Below are positions 43,263-58,458 of a stretch of DNA of 64,000 bases, piece after piece. Numbering within the stretch: the stretch's first letter is position 1; every line of letters starts with the position of its first letter. The notes under the pieces are model-generated. The model saw only the letters and a program-made list of their open reading frames with translations. It ran no database searches and was not told the DNA's origin. Position numbers and translations under genes: made by a program. The DNA comes from the human T2T-CHM13v2.0 reference genome, Homo sapiens. The stretch lies in NCBI RefSeq assembly GCF_009914755.1, contig NC_060947.1; one strand, written 5' to 3'.

Positions 43263-46200
43263 CATAGACATCATTGACAGAGGTTTTAAAAAAGACAGAA
43301 TATAATTTGTGATTTACTTTGATACAAGATATGCATGTAGATGGCAACTAGAACCTTATAGTCGACTTGCGTGATCTTGCCAGGAAAGTCATCATTCACA
43401 TAAGAAGGAACAAGCCAACATTGAGTCTCACGGTGTGAGGGTAATGGAGGCTGGGTTCAATGGGCCCAGAAACATATATAGAAATCAAGAAGGGAAAAGA
43501 GCCAGCAGCAGTCATAGAAACAGCAACGAAGCTGATCAACTGAATAAAGAAGTCAATGTTTGAATAGAATAGCAGAGAACAAGGTAGCCTGAGGTACTTG
43601 CTAAAGTCAAGCTCAGCTAGCATTGAAGAATGCGAGATAAGAATTAATGAGGTCTTGGAGACCAGACAGACTCACTGGCACAGAGCAGGCAAACCTCAAA
43701 GTCTTAACAACGGGCAACCGGAAGAAATCAGCACAGGCAAACAAAGAATGCCAGTGTGAGCGTTGGGCCACAGATGGAGAACTAGGCAAGCAGGGAGATG
43801 CCTAGGTGTGAGATGTGAACATACCTGCTGATCTTCAGCTTCCAGAAAGAACTGGGCAAGGGAAATAAAAGCATCCTACTCCCAGAGGAAATCGTTATGT
43901 GCGGCAAGAAATCCAAGAAGGTCTAAAATGTGAGGACTGGAACTCTGAGCAAAGGCCCAGGTCTGTGACCCATATGGAATCAGTAGCAAAGTTATATGTT
44001 ACTGAGCCAACTAAAGGCCTTATATTCCTTCCCAGCACAGACTGGTCCCAGAGCCCGTGTGCGGCGGAATCAACAGGTGTTCAGTTAAGAGGCTACAGCT
44101 GTGAAAATTAGCAAACGGCGCTAGGCAGGTTAGTAGAGCAGTGAGTCTCAAAGTACGCTCTCAAATCAGCAGTATCAACATCACCTGGGTACCTGCTCGG
44201 ACATGTGAATTCTCAACCCCACCCCAAACTTAATGAATCAGAAATTCTGGGGCTGGAGCCCAGCCAGGCATGTTTTCACAAGCCCTCCAGAGAATTCTGA
44301 CGCACCATGCTCAAGTTTGGGAAGTAATGCCGTAGTTTATTCAAAGTATAAATGGAGACAAGGCCAGACGTGGCAAAGGCGTGGCCTTAATCATGATGCT
44401 TTCAAAGAGCTGGTGAAGACTGAAATCAGTTACAGGGGAAGAAAATCCAGTAGAGAGAATGTGAAAGAATGATTAATAAAACGTTCAGGGGTTAACAGAG
44501 TCAGGCAATGATATTAAAAGGCAGAGTTATATCAATGTCGAAGGATCATCCAACCATGTGTATTCATATTTTGATTCTGATAACGAGAGAAATCATGAGT
44601 GTCAAAAGGGGTCAACTCCTGTGTTCGAAAATGTTCTCATGCTGTATTTTTAAGACAGTCACCTCAAAGAAATGTTATTTGGAGCTCATGCTTATGAAGA
44701 TTTCCTCTCAGTGGGGGAAAAACAAATATGGTAGTATAATGTGATCCATTCGACAGAAATATTGAGAAGAAATTTGTTTTAAATATGTGTTTGTTTAAAC
44801 ACAGGTGAAGGATGAAAACATATGTGTAGGTTTTTAATTATACTTATTGATTCAGCAAATATCTCTATTCAGACACTAAGGATGCAAAACCACATAAACC
44901 ACAATCTCTTTCAAAATATTTGCAGTGTAGTCCTAGGAGAGGACAATAAATTCGCAGTTGGCACAGCTATACTAGAGGTTTGCCCTCCATAAGGCAGAGA
45001 ACTTTTCTCAAAAGAGAGAAATGCTCAGTTTGACTCTGAAGAACAATTGAAAGAACACTGTAGTAGAAGGAATGATATGTAGGGAAGGCATGGAGGCAGG
45101 AAAGGCCTTTTGGGAAGTGCTAGAGGCTTAGAATGGCTGGGGGGAGAGGACATGAGGCTAGAGAACTAGTAAGCAGAGACCAGCCCATCATGGCCCTAGC
45201 TGCCATCCTGGTAACACTGGTGAGCCAGGGAGGACCAGGAACAGATGTACCCTTCAGAAAGACCACTCTGTCTCAGTCATAGGGTAAATGAATTGACAAG
45301 AGGGCCAGGAAGGAGGTGCGCAAGATCAGTAAGAAAAAGATGATCGTAACTAAGTTGATGGACTAGGGCATCAGAGCTCAGGAATGCAGAAATTATGCAG
45401 TTCTAAGAGATGGCAAGGCTTATGATGTGACAAAACTGAGATATACTGATACACCTGAATCAATCGTAGAATGAGCCCTATGTTTTTTTTTTCTTACCAA
45501 TACTAGCAACAAGTTGGAGATCAATTTGGTTATTTTTATGAACTAGAGGCAATTTAAGGCCATCCCTGTAATGATGTCAGTTTTATATTTCAATCTGCTT
45601 TTTGGAGTGGGAGAAGAAGGGCTTGCTGAGGCCACAGTCATTGCTGCACATCTCTGAGAATACAGCAGTGACAAGATGGGAATGCACCCCCTCTCTCCTG
45701 GACCTTTCCAGAGGCTGGCAAGGGGGGTAGGTTATATACCTCACAGGCCAGGAATGGAGTTCACATCACCTGCAGGTCATCCTACCCGTCTTCAGGAAAG
45801 GTGGCTACAACCCTCTTCTCCTCCCTCTAACCTCAAGTGGGAGAGCTCTGGCAGGCATTGAGGGAAGTCATCTTGAGGCCCCAATAGGCCAGAGCTCTGG
45901 TGATAGCGGCTTCCAAGAATGGAACCACAAGAGGTACCTTTCTCTCTCTCTCCTGCTGCTGCTGCAGCTGCTAGATCCCTTCCCTTTGGTGGGATTAGTG
46001 TGGAGAGACAAAAACTATGGGTGCCTTCTGTTTGTAAGGGGGATATCCAGCCTGACCTTGGCAGGCCAAGCAAGACCAGGAGGCAGTTCTCAGGAAAAGA
46101 TGTTGGCTCAGGTCTGGCCCTGCCCAGAGTCTCAGAGAGGAGTAGGGGTAGGAGGAGGATATAAAATGAGTTATAGAGGTTTCTGCAAAGTCTAGACCAA

Positions 46201-47122
46201 TTCACTGGTTAGGTCATAAGTTGGGCATTTGCTGGACACAGACGCCTAAGCCATAAAAGCAAAGCGGGCATATGCCTCAGGTTCCCTTGGTCATACCTCA
46301 GTCCCTCAAGCACAGGGTGCAGACACTCCGATTCTGCTCCCAGAGATATGACTAACACCAAGTAAGATCTACAGGATAGTTTAATATTGAGGAATAGAGA
46401 TTTTAAATGTTCTAAAGGTCCTGAAGGATTTACAATAAAATAATAAATAGCAGTCTTTCCTGAGTGGTAGGATTTCAGGTAATTTAAAAATTTTTCTTCT
46501 CTTTAATCACCGGAAACTTCTATAATAAATATGGTTTCCACTGGTGATAATAGAAATTAAAATTATTTAAAACATCATTACCATGTTGAAAAAAGAATCC
46601 AATGTTAAAAAGTTTGATATTTTCCCACACATCTAGGAGATATAAATATGTATACATATATAAGAGTACCTAAAGAAAAAAAGAAAATTAAAGTGATGAA
46701 GCTATGATAGAAGGTAAATATGTTAGAATAACTGATGAAAATACTGTCCATTGTATGATTCAAAGATGTACAAAACCTACCCAAGTGCTACTAAAATATT
46801 ACTATTCACAGACGAGAAAATATACAAGACTGTAAATTCCCTTATGTAAGCCTAGTATACTAGAGTCCCATTTCAACGCACTGAATTATAATTAGCTTCC
46901 TTAGGCGTAGGAGCTATAATAGACAGTAGGCACCTCAAAGATTAACAAAGATATATTCAAAATTGGGAGACTAAAATAATTCATAATGATGAGAAAGAAA
47001 AGGAAGTAAGCCAAAAGAAAAGATTGCAGTATCAACAAGCCAATGTTGTCAATTTAAAAATCAGTGTGCATGGATTTTAGGTGACTTAAGAGTTTTCAGC
47101 ATTTTCTGATTTTTTCCATAAT

Positions 47123-47975
47123 TAACCCCATTAAAAAGGGGGCAAAGGACATGAACAGACTCTTTTAAAAAGAAGACATACATGCTGCCAACAAGCATAT
47201 GAAAAAGGCTCAATATCACTGATCATTAGAGAAATGCAAATTGAAACCACAGTGAGATACCACCTCATACCAGTCAGAATGGCTATTACTAAAAAGTCAA
47301 AAAATAATAGAAGCTGGCGAGGTTGTGGAGAAAAGGGAACACTTATACACTGTTGGTGAGAGTGTAAATTAGTTCAACCACTGTGGAAAGCAGTATGATG
47401 ATTCCTAAAAGAGCTAAAAGCAGAACTACCATTTGACCCAGCAATCCCATTACTGAGTATATACCCAGAGAAATATAAATCATTCTACCGTAAAAACACA
47501 CGTGTGCCAATGTTCATTGCAGCACCATTCACAATAGCAAAGAAATAGAATCAAACTAAATGCTCATCAGTGACAGACTGGATAAAGAAAAGGTGGTATT
47601 AAATATGCATACACCATGGAATACTATGTGGCCATAGAAAAGAGGGAGATTATATCTTTTGCAGGAACATGGATGGAGCTGGAAGCTATTATCCTCAGCA
47701 AACTAATGCAGGAACAGAAAACGAAAATACCACGTTCTCACTTGTAAGTGGGAGCTAAATGATGAGAACTCATGAACACAGAGAAGGCAACAACAGACAC
47801 TGAGGCCTACTTGAGGGTGGAGGGCGGGAGGAGGGAGAGGAGCAGGAAAAATAACTATTGGGTACTAGGCTTAGTACCTGAGTGATGAAATAATCTCTAC
47901 AACAAACCCCCGTGATACAAATTTAGCAATAAAACAAATCCTCACATATACCCCCAAACCGAAAAGAAAAGTTAA
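47123..47975 (+). mobile_element. 5'-truncated old primate L1 (late L1PA-like) 3' end
   Basis: aaccccattaaaaagggggcaaaggacatgaacagac...gggtactaggcttagtacctgagtgatgaaataatct. Confidence 0.85.
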
Positions 47976-47999
47976 TTTTTTTTAATTTAAAATCTATAT

Positions 48000-50215
48000 A
48001 TTGGGGAGAAAATACTCGTAAAACATAAATCCAACAAAGGCCTTGTATCTCGAATATATTAAGAACTCTCAAAACTCAACAATACAAGGTACATACAGGA
48101 TTCTGATTTCTCTCCATCCTTGTCAACTCTTATTTTCCTTTTTATATAAAAATTATAGCAATCCCAGTAGGTGTAAAGTGGCACCTCACTGTGGTTTTGA
48201 TTTGCATTTCAGTAATGACTAATGCTGTTGAGCAGCTTTTCATTGCTTACTGGCCATTTGTATGTCTTTGGAGAAGCATCTATTCAAATCCTTAGCCCAT
48301 TTCTAAGTTGGGTTGTTTTTTCTTGTTATTGTTGAGATATAGGAACTCTTTATGTATTCTGGATATTAAACTCATCAAATATATGACTTGCAAATATTTT
48401 CTCTCATTCTGTGAGTTGTCTTTTCACTCTCTTAATAGTGTCTTTGGATGCACAAACTTTTTAATTTTAATCATCCAATTTATCTATTTTTTCTTTGGTT
48501 TCCTATGTTTTTAGTGTCATACTTAAGAAATCATTGCCTCAAAACGATAAATATAGAATATGACCCAGCAATTCCATTCCTAGGTGTATACCCCCAAAGA
48601 ATTGAAAACAGGGACTGAAACAGGTACTTGTACACAAATATGCACAGCAGCGTTATTTAAGATAACCAAAAGGAGAAAACACCCACAAGTCTATGAACAG
48701 ATGAATGGATAAACAAAATGTGTTATATCCATATAATAGAATATTATTCAGCCACAAAAAGGAATCAAGTTGTGATAAATGCTACAATATAAATGGACCC
48801 TGAAAAGATTATGCTAAATGAAATAAGCCAGACACAAAAGAACAAACGTTGTATGACTCTACTTGTATGAAATATCTAGAAGAGGCAAATTTATAGAGCC
48901 AGAAAGTAGATTAAAGTTTAACAAGAGGCAGGGGGAATGAGGAATGGGGACTTAATGCTTATGGACACAAAGTTTCTGTTTGGGGTAATGAAAATATTTT
49001 GGAAATAATGATGATGGTCGCACAACACTGTGAATGTTATAAATGTCACAGAATTATACGCTTAAAAGTGGTTAAAATGATAAATGTATATTGTATGTAT
49101 ATTTTATCACAATAAAAAACTCAACGGTTAAATAATGCAATTATGAAAAGGACAAAGGACACAGACATTTCACTCACAAGGATGGCAAATAAGCACACAT
49201 GCTCTACTTCGTCAGCCATTAGAAAAATGTAAATTTTAACCACAACGAGATATCACTACATCTATATCAGAATGATTAAAATAAAAAATAGTGGAAGACC
49301 AAATTCTGGCAGGGAGGGGGAAAGGGGGAACAACTAGATCTCTAGTATATTATGGGTAGTCATATAAAATGGTATGGTCACTCTGGAAAACAGTTTGACA
49401 GCTTCTCATAAAATTAAACATGCGATTAACATGACCACACAATCATACTTTTGGGCCTTTATCCCAGGGAAATGAAAACTTATGCTTACATAAAATCCTA
49501 CACATGAATTTTCACAGCCGCTGTGTTCATAGTAGCAAAAACTGGCAACAATCCAAAAGTCCTTCATCGGGTTAATGGTTAAATAAACTCTGGTCCATCC
49601 ATACAATGGAATATTACTCAACAGCAAAAAGATATAAACTATCAACGCAGGCAATACCGTAGATGAATCTAAAGAGCATTATGCTTAACAAAAAGTCACT
49701 CTCAAAAGGCTACATATCATATGATTTTATTTACATAATATTCTTTTTTCAGAGGGGGCATGAGGTCTTGCCATGTTGCCCAGGCTCGTCTTGAATTCCT
49801 AGGTTCAACTGATCCTCCCACCTCGACCTCCCAAGAGAGATGCAAAGCACATTTGTAGTTGCCATGGTATGCAAATATAAAGTGGTAGCAGGAGGTAGTT
49901 ACTTTGTGGTGATGGAACTATCCTATATCTTGATTGTCATGGTGGTTACACGAATCTACACGTGGAATAAAATTGCATAAAAATACAAATACACACACAA
50001 ATTAATACAAGTCAAAATGTCGAAAACCAAACAAGATCTACAATCTAGATAACGGTGTTGTGCCAATGTCAATTTCTTAGTTTGATATTAGACTACAGCT
50101 GTATAAAATATCACCATTGGGAGAAACCGGAGGAAGAATACACAAGACTCTATGTACTATTTTTGTAACTTTCTGTGAGTCTATAATTATTTCAAGATAA
50201 AAACTTTTTTAAAAA
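48000..50215 (+). mobile_element. Old L1M 3' end interrupted by an inverted (twin-primed) L1MB-like insertion (48088-49115) and an Alu fragment (~49745-49835, -)
   Basis: L1M sequence resumes at 49126. The insert is flanked by aaaactcaac at 48071-48080 and 49116-49125. Confidence 0.75.
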
Positions 50216-53200
50216 CACATCTAAATTGGTACATGAATACCATGGACACATTTTATTTTGCTTCTTTAGCAAATGGGAAATTTCTCATAAAAAAAAAATG
50301 TAATGTTAAACTAACACAGTATAAGGGTGACCACACTACTAAATTTGGTATTGTAGCATAAGAAAGGCCCCTTTAAAAATTGGTACATGAGAATGAAAAT
50401 GAAAATACGGAAACCTGAAACAAAATGCATCCACTGTAGAAATGGCCAAACACAAATGACACTAAATAAACCATATTTTTTAAATGTATCTAGTGCACCA
50501 ATTCTTCCCATTTCCCAAATTGTCCATGCACAAAATCCTTATTTATACTTGTGGTTTTATTTCTGTGTACAAAAGCAAAGTATATATGTCACTCTTCCTA
50601 GAAGAGGGTGGGTAGTGATGAATATACATTTTTTAAAGAAGAGGAAACTTGAAGTTGTAAAGCAAACAAGGAATTAACGTGGGTGGCAGAGCAAGAGTGG
50701 AGGGCTTTGCAGTGAAGCTGGGGAGAGATAAGGAAAGCTGAGGGAAGAGAGACCTGCGGTTCAAATCAACTTTTGTGATGGGAAAAATAAAATAATGAAG
50801 AGTACTCTGACAGGAAAAGGAAAAGCTCATCACCTTCTAAGGTCTGACCACAACCTCCCTATACGCCATGAAGGGGTAAAGTGCAGGCTACGCTAGCAAA
50901 TGTCAGGGTGAGGGTCTCTGCAGCTGAAGAGGATGCATCTTCCCGACAGAAAAACTAAGGAAGTGTGGACTATGTCCCTGGGGGCACTGGGGTGAAAACC
51001 AGGCAAACAGCTCTGTCATCACACCTAAGGGATAAATGTGGAGGCAAAAGAGAAGACAAAGCCAAGAGATTCAGTGGCTTAAAAGTAAAAAAAAAAAAAA
51101 AAAAGTAAATGGCGTAAAAACCAAAGGCAGGAGTTTTGGTTTTGAAATACCGTTTTATTCATGATAAGTTGAGGTCACTTTTGGCACTCTGAAGATGATC
51201 ACCAATTGTTATAGCAAAGATTAAAACCAACAAAATAACAAATACAGCAGTTAGAAAGCTAAAGATCGTTTCGTTTCGGTTACTGCTACTGTTTTATAAC
51301 TTGGTTATGTAGGTTGTAGGAATCAGTGCAGGGGTTAGGGTCTGCAGCTTTCGTCCTGAAAGACTGAACAATCGAAAGATTTTTTGCATCATCTAATATA
51401 AATCCTGGAGAAATAAGCTTGACAAATTGCATATGACAAAAAAAAAAAATTCATGTTCCACAGTGGAAGCAGTCCCCTACCTACTCTGACTCTACACACA
51501 GTCTGCATGTGGTTCTGACCTTGGCCCCTCTGCTATGTTCTGGGAAGGGGAAGAGAGTTGGATGTGGACTGTGGTAGAAAGAACAAAGAGATTGCAAAGC
51601 TCCTCTGTGGAAGCTCTGGGGTGGGGCTCTGAAATCTGACTTTTAAAGAAGAGCTCCAGGGGAACTGATACAGCTGGTCTTTGATTCACCCTTTCAGAAG
51701 CACAGTTCCACACAGCCATTGGCTGGCAACAAGTTCTGCTCCTAAACTTTAATCCCCAGTTTCCAAACATTATGTTTATAAGAAGTATTGGTAGTAACCA
51801 TGAGGCTAGTTTAATTTTCTTTTAGTCCTTTATGAGGCCCCAGTTCTTTTTAAATTAACCGTGGCAGAACCCATTGGTCTTCAGTGTCAACATAATTCAG
51901 AAAGGAAACAAGAGGTGCACAAGGAGGAATGAGATGTTTAAAAATATAATTAAAAAATAATAGCAGGAACATTTACTTAGTACGTACTAGGTGTCAGATT
52001 CTAAGCGTTTCCATGTGTGAACACAACCACTTATAACAACGCTGGGAGTACATACTATTATTATAACCAGCCCCATGATACCGATGAGAAGACAAGCACA
52101 GAAAGGTTAAGCAACTTCCCTGAAGTTACGCAGTAGCAAGTGGAAAGCTTGTCTCAAAACAATGAAAATGGAAAAGGAACAAATGAAATGGGAAACGGGA
52201 ATTCTCCCCCAAAGGTATGCTGTCTTCAGTCAATGTCATGTTGTCTCTGTTTCGGTGCTGGTATTTCTTATTTAATGTCACATTTCAAATTCATAAGAGC
52301 ACTTTTAAATAAAATGTTTTCTGCTCAGAAACAACTTCAAAGAAAATGAGTGCAATAAAACAAAGACATAGGTCAGGGGCAAGGTACCCAACATGAAAAG
52401 AAATAGAAAATTGCACCTCCCCACTTTAAGTAATTTAGCTTCAAATGAGCCAAAGTCTCTTGAAATCAGATATCGTGTAGGAGATCCCATTCCACACTCC
52501 AGGAAAAAACCATAGCAAACAGTTTAACTGCCACACATCAGACTACATCCAGTGCAATGGTGTGGTGTTAGTCCACAGCAGTTGTTCCCAAAATGAGGAG
52601 TGAGGCAGAGTCAGGACTGCCTGGAGAGCTGATGGACAGAGAGGTCCAGTTTGGGTAAAGTGGAGCAGGGCCTGGGCCTCAGTATCTTACAAGTTCCTCT
52701 TTAGTGATTCATATGCTCACCAAAGTGAGAACCACTAGTCTGGAGGGTTCTGGGTCCATGTTCCTCCATTTCTTGAGGAATCCTGAAGAGAGGAAACTGG
52801 TAACTGATAGGGAAGACTCCAGGACAGCTGGAACACTTTTAGCAGACACAAGCTTCAGGTACCAGAGCTACCTCCCACCTCTTCGGTGTGTCTGTCCACA
52901 GCTCTCGTCAGCCCCACATAGGTGCAATTTACTTGTCTGCATTCCAAATGTAAGCTCTGTCTTGCCCAGTGCTGTGTCTCCAGAATGGAACCCAATGTCT
53001 ACACACAATAATTATAAAATAAATATTGGTTGGATAAATGAATTGATGGAAATCTACCAGCATTAAAACTATAGAATGGGAGTGTTGAGAGTACTATTGA
53101 ATTGCCCACAAATCTAACTCCAAAGAGCCTATAGTTCAAGTATTGAAATGGTTTTGTAATATAGGCAGCTAGAGATTACTTCTTTTCCATACCACGGAAC

Positions 53201-54589
53201 TGCCGGGATGACTCATTAGTGATCCTGAATTCTAAGCCTGCATCCTCTCTTTCAGTGAAGAACTTGGATACATATTTACCCCCTAGGGTCTCCTGAACTT
53301 CTTCCTAAAACATAGATTATTCTAGTACTCGCCTACCGTATAAGGAGTATTTGAACTAAGCAATTAATGACTTGGGCACCTTAAAAAATGCCAAGCGCTT
53401 TTCAAACATCTATTATATGGTCCTGGGCCTAATAATGCTGCTACAGAATTTCTTTCATTGAATTACACGTTGTTTAAATGTAAAAGAATGACCTTTTAAT
53501 CATAAAACAAATGACTTGCTATCAATTGACCAAGAGTAATATTTTCGCAACTTGAAATAATCTGGTCTAAATCACCAAATACAAAGAATGTATACAAAAA
53601 TGTTACCACATTCCCTCTGAACATGGTTTCTACTAAACAACAGCACAGTTCCCAACTTGAGTGCCGTATCGGCATTGTGGTCCACCAATGGTGAGGCTGC
53701 ATAGGGGGTGATGAAAGGTGTGAGCTTAAAAACAACAAGATCTAAGCTTACTTCCAGCTTGGTAAGTCACTGAACTAAATGATATTTTGGTTTCCTCAAC
53801 TCTAACATGGGGAAGATAATCATATCTTTTTTAATGGGTTATCAGAAAAAAATCATGCATGAGAAGTATTGAGCTCAATTCCTTAACAAAATAAGTGCTC
53901 AGTAAATGTCACACTACTGTTAGCATCATCCTTGGCATGTCAGTTGGCATCTAAGGCTTAGATAGAATAACCAGTCTGTCCCTCTGCTTGTTAGCCATTT
54001 CCCATCATATCACAATCCCAGCTAAGTCAGTTCCATCCTAATGGCTTAAACAGTTAGGGAAAGCATTCTGTAAATAATGACAGTTAAACTAGATCTTAGA
54101 AGATGAGCAAGATAGATTAAAGGGCCCCAGCTTTCACAGTCATTCACCGTCCAGTCAGCTGTGGCCAAGGAGGACTGGAATTACCCGGAGCAGAACACGA
54201 ATACCTAAGTGACTTTCCTTTGACTGGGGACAGTATCCTTCAAGGGAAACTCATAATTTTAACACTCATGTATCTAGAAGGCCCTGCTGAGCTACTCTGA
54301 CATTCTTACCAGTCATCAAGAATAGTTAACTTTCCATACGCTCTTGGTATGTATGTGTGCCTGTGTGTGCAAGTGTGTGCAATGAACTAATAGAAAATTC
54401 TGGTAGCCCATCCCTTTATATTTTACATAGACTCGAAGACCTTCTTTGGATTTGTAGCAGCAGGAAACATTTCCGTTTTCAATATGGGCCTGCCATCTGT
54501 CGGAAGGCTAGCTTCTAGAGTACCACGTTTTCTCCACTGCTATTTTCTACCACATGGTTATATTCTCAGTTTTGCTCACAGCACCACAT

Positions 54590-54780
54590 GCAATAATAAT
54601 TGCTATTTATTGGGTGCCTCTCATGAGCCAGGCACTTTAAATGCAGTCTCTTGAGGTACATATGATTATCCCATTTTATAGATGAAGAACTCAAAGGCTC
54701 TGAGAGGTTAGGTAACTTGCCCAAGTTCTTACAGCCGGGAAAGCTGACCTGGAGTTTGAACTGCAATCTGGTTGATACTA
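54590..54780 (-). mobile_element. MIR SINE (other MIRs near 36880-37070, 51960-52140, 53750-53920, 56500-56715)
   Basis: attatcccattttatagatgaagaactc..ggctctgagaggttaggtaacttgcccaag is the MIR core in reverse. Confidence 0.75.
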
Positions 54781-55499
54781 TACAACAAGGTCCTTTTCTC
54801 TCCCCAGTGCTTGTGGTAGTATCATTAAAGGACATTTTGCTTTGAGGTATGTTTAATGCATTTTTTTCAGTCCAGCATGTTGTGTTCACGTCACTTCATT
54901 TCGCCACAGCCATATAAGCAGAAATTGCTTAGGAACCTGCTGTCCCTGGGCTGGGCTTACATCCAGCTCCACGCTGTACAGGGGGAAGCAGTGCTTCTAT
55001 TAAATTAATGTGCTCCAACACGAGTGCATCATTCCAGTCACCTGAGAATAGGAAAAGCCTTATCAAGAACTTGCTATTCATTTTAAGCTGCTTTAATCCC
55101 CTCTGGTCTGATGCAAATTCATTTCATTAATAATTAACAGTGCTTGGCAGTGCTTTCCCTCAGTCCCAGTTCTTGGTTGGCATTCCACTTTGCTGAACCT
55201 GAGAGAAATCAGGGTCAAACCAAGGGAGAAAAGAAAATGAGAGAGCCAGGATCTGGCATTAACCCACCCACCTCGACCCCTATGGAGAAGGCAAGGTAAC
55301 TATTGAAGCAACAGATATTGGCATTATCTGTGAGTTAGTGTGGATGATCCTTGTAGTTCGTCTTCTTAAATATTACATCTTTAATGAGCTCATCCAAGCT
55401 TTGATAGTGTGGCCTTAAACCTTGCTTTTGGGCAGATATTATAGATCAGTGGTTCTCAGCTTTGGCTAGGAATCGGAATCACCTCTAAGACTTGAAAAA

Positions 55500-56065
55500 A
55501 TACACATAAAATCTACTAAAGTTGAACACTTACATATCTTATGACCCAGCAATTCCACTCTTAGACTTATGCCCAACAGAAATACACACATATGTGCACC
55601 AAATGATACATCAGAACGTTCAAGGAAGCACATAGTAGCCCCAAACTGGAAGCCACCCAAATGCCCATCAACAATGGAATGGAAAAATACATTTGCACAC
55701 AATGGAATAACATATAGCATAGGATTGAATAGCATACAACTACACACAACAATATAGAATACTCTCACATATATTGTACTGAGAATAAAAGCCATACACA
55801 AAGGAGTATATGCTACATGATTCTATCCAAATGAAGAATACAGATATGCAAAACTAACCTACAGGGTTAGATGTCAGGATACTAATTAGTGTTAGGGGGA
55901 TTAGTGATTGGAAGGGGCTTCTGGGCTGTTGGTTATATTCTGTTTTTCTTGATCTGGGCATTAGTTCTGTGGGTGTGTTCACGTGTAAAAATTCAATCTG
56001 TACACTTATCATACATATACACCTTTCTACATGGTTGTTATCCTCTAATTAAAAGCTTAAAATAT
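55500..56065 (+). mobile_element. Old L1ME-like 3' end
   Basis: tatgacccagcaattccactctta...aaactggaagccacccaaatgcccatcaac. Confidence 0.7.
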
Positions 56066-58037
56066 GTACACATAAACCTATTGCCTCCAGTCCAGTAACC
56101 TCCGCACCGCCCCCTCAACACACACGTATATACACACCCACTCACTTCTCCTGGGGAGCCCAATTCAGCAGCCTTGAGGCCCCTATACCCTCTTTTAAGC
56201 TGCTCAAATTATTTGATGCTATCAGTGTCATCTCAGTATCCCTAGTTTTCCCTAGCCTTCCAGCATTTGCAATAAACTTCGGTGGTAAAACAGTCTAATT
56301 CCATTACCATCTGAATGATACTAAAACGTGGGAACTGAAAAAAATCAAATCAGTGTATTGAACAAAAACATAAACAGAATAATGTAAACTGCTCATTTTC
56401 AACTTATAAAAAAGAAGCTGAGGAAGAACTTGAACATTTTTGCTACACAGGCTTAATGAGTATGACATCACCTGTCCTTTTTAATAATAATAACTACGAA
56501 GTAATAATAGCTAACACATATGCAAGGCACTGCTCTAAGTGATTTACATAAATTAACTCACTTAATCCTCATAACAATTACTTGAAATAGGTATTATTAT
56601 TATCCCCATTTGGCAAATGAGGAAACTGAGGTATAGAGCGGAGCTAGAAAACCATGATTTCAGATTCTAACAGTATGGCTTCAGAGTTTGTACTCTTAAC
56701 CACTTCACTATATTCCTGTATATTTTATGCTGCTTAACATACTTTTCCCATTTTAAATGGACTATATTTAATATATTTCAAGTGGTAAGCTAAGTCCACT
56801 TGAATATTGGCATCTCAGCTGAAAATTACATGTGAGATGACTGAAATCAATAATACAAGTTTTATGTCAGTTCTTCAAGTGTTGGAAGAAATAGGTCAAA
56901 CATTTAAAAAAAAAAAAAGCCACGACCTAAAGAACATTTCTGTAAGTGTCATCCATTCATTGGCAAACATTGAGTGAGCAGGTGCTATGCTTGTGCAGTG
57001 GGTCCAATAGTGACCTCAGTCAAGGGCAAGGTTCAGGCCCCCAAAGACCTCCTCATTCAGCAGACAGACACGGGCCAAACAGCAGAAGAGTGAGTGGAAG
57101 TTACACATGTGACCACAGGTCATGAAAGCGTATAAGAAAGGGAAGCTTCCTACTCAAAAAGGTCAGGAAAGGCCTCCCGGAAGAAGTGATGATGGTGTGA
57201 AATATGAAGAAGGAGTAGGAGGTAAAGGCAAAGGTGAGTGGGGGTGTAGAAAGAGCTGCATATGCATGCGCAAATAACTGTAATGTAAGTCAGAATGAAT
57301 AAGGACTATAATAAACACACATACAAAAAAGCACAATGGAACTTCAGGACCTTTTTTCCTATTTCATTATTCAAATCACCTGAAATCGTTATACTTTCAG
57401 CATGAACCCAGAAACTCTTATATCAGATTCATAGTTGGTCTCACAAGCCTGGAACACAGTAAGATAAAAACCTTGTGGAAAAGGAATTTGAAACAGTACT
57501 TTTAACTCAGCATATATTGAAGGATTCAAGACATCAAAGTGAAAAAAGGAAATAATAGTGTTTACCTTTTCTGGAAAAAACGAGCAACAAAGAGGAAAAA
57601 AGGAAAAACCCTCAGATGGTGAAATCACCAGTCACAGAAGATATTCTTACAACACTATATAGGTCAGAACTTCCCCACTCCCCACCACCTACCATTGCTG
57701 AGGTTAGGCCTACTAGAAAAATAAGAGCACCCTAATAGACCAAAAGACATCATGCAATAGATGAGGAATGTGGTTAAGTACAACTTCTGAGGCTGCCTGA
57801 TAGGCTCAAAATAAATCCAGGTGCAAAGAATGAATGGTCTTTGCAAATCTAAGCCTGCTCCTCACCACCTCCTGGTATAACTATGATCCAAACTGTTCTC
57901 TACTCTCCAATATAAACCAATGGGATCTTTTGAAAATGTACATCTTTCATGGGCTACACCCTCCACCTCCACCCAATAACCCTTCAATGGAACCCATTGC
58001 TTGTAAGGTAAAAACATAGCTCCTTAAAGTAGCCTGA

Positions 58038-58458
<421 letters not shown>

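Noticed and set aside
45676-46205. Overlapping ORFs up to 137 aa in a moderately GC-rich patch
   Set aside because: No recognisable protein similarity or splice context.
53200-54900. Isolated AP-1 (tgactca) and CRE-like (cacgtca) motifs
   Set aside because: Single short motifs are expected by chance in 64 kb and cannot support an enhancer call.
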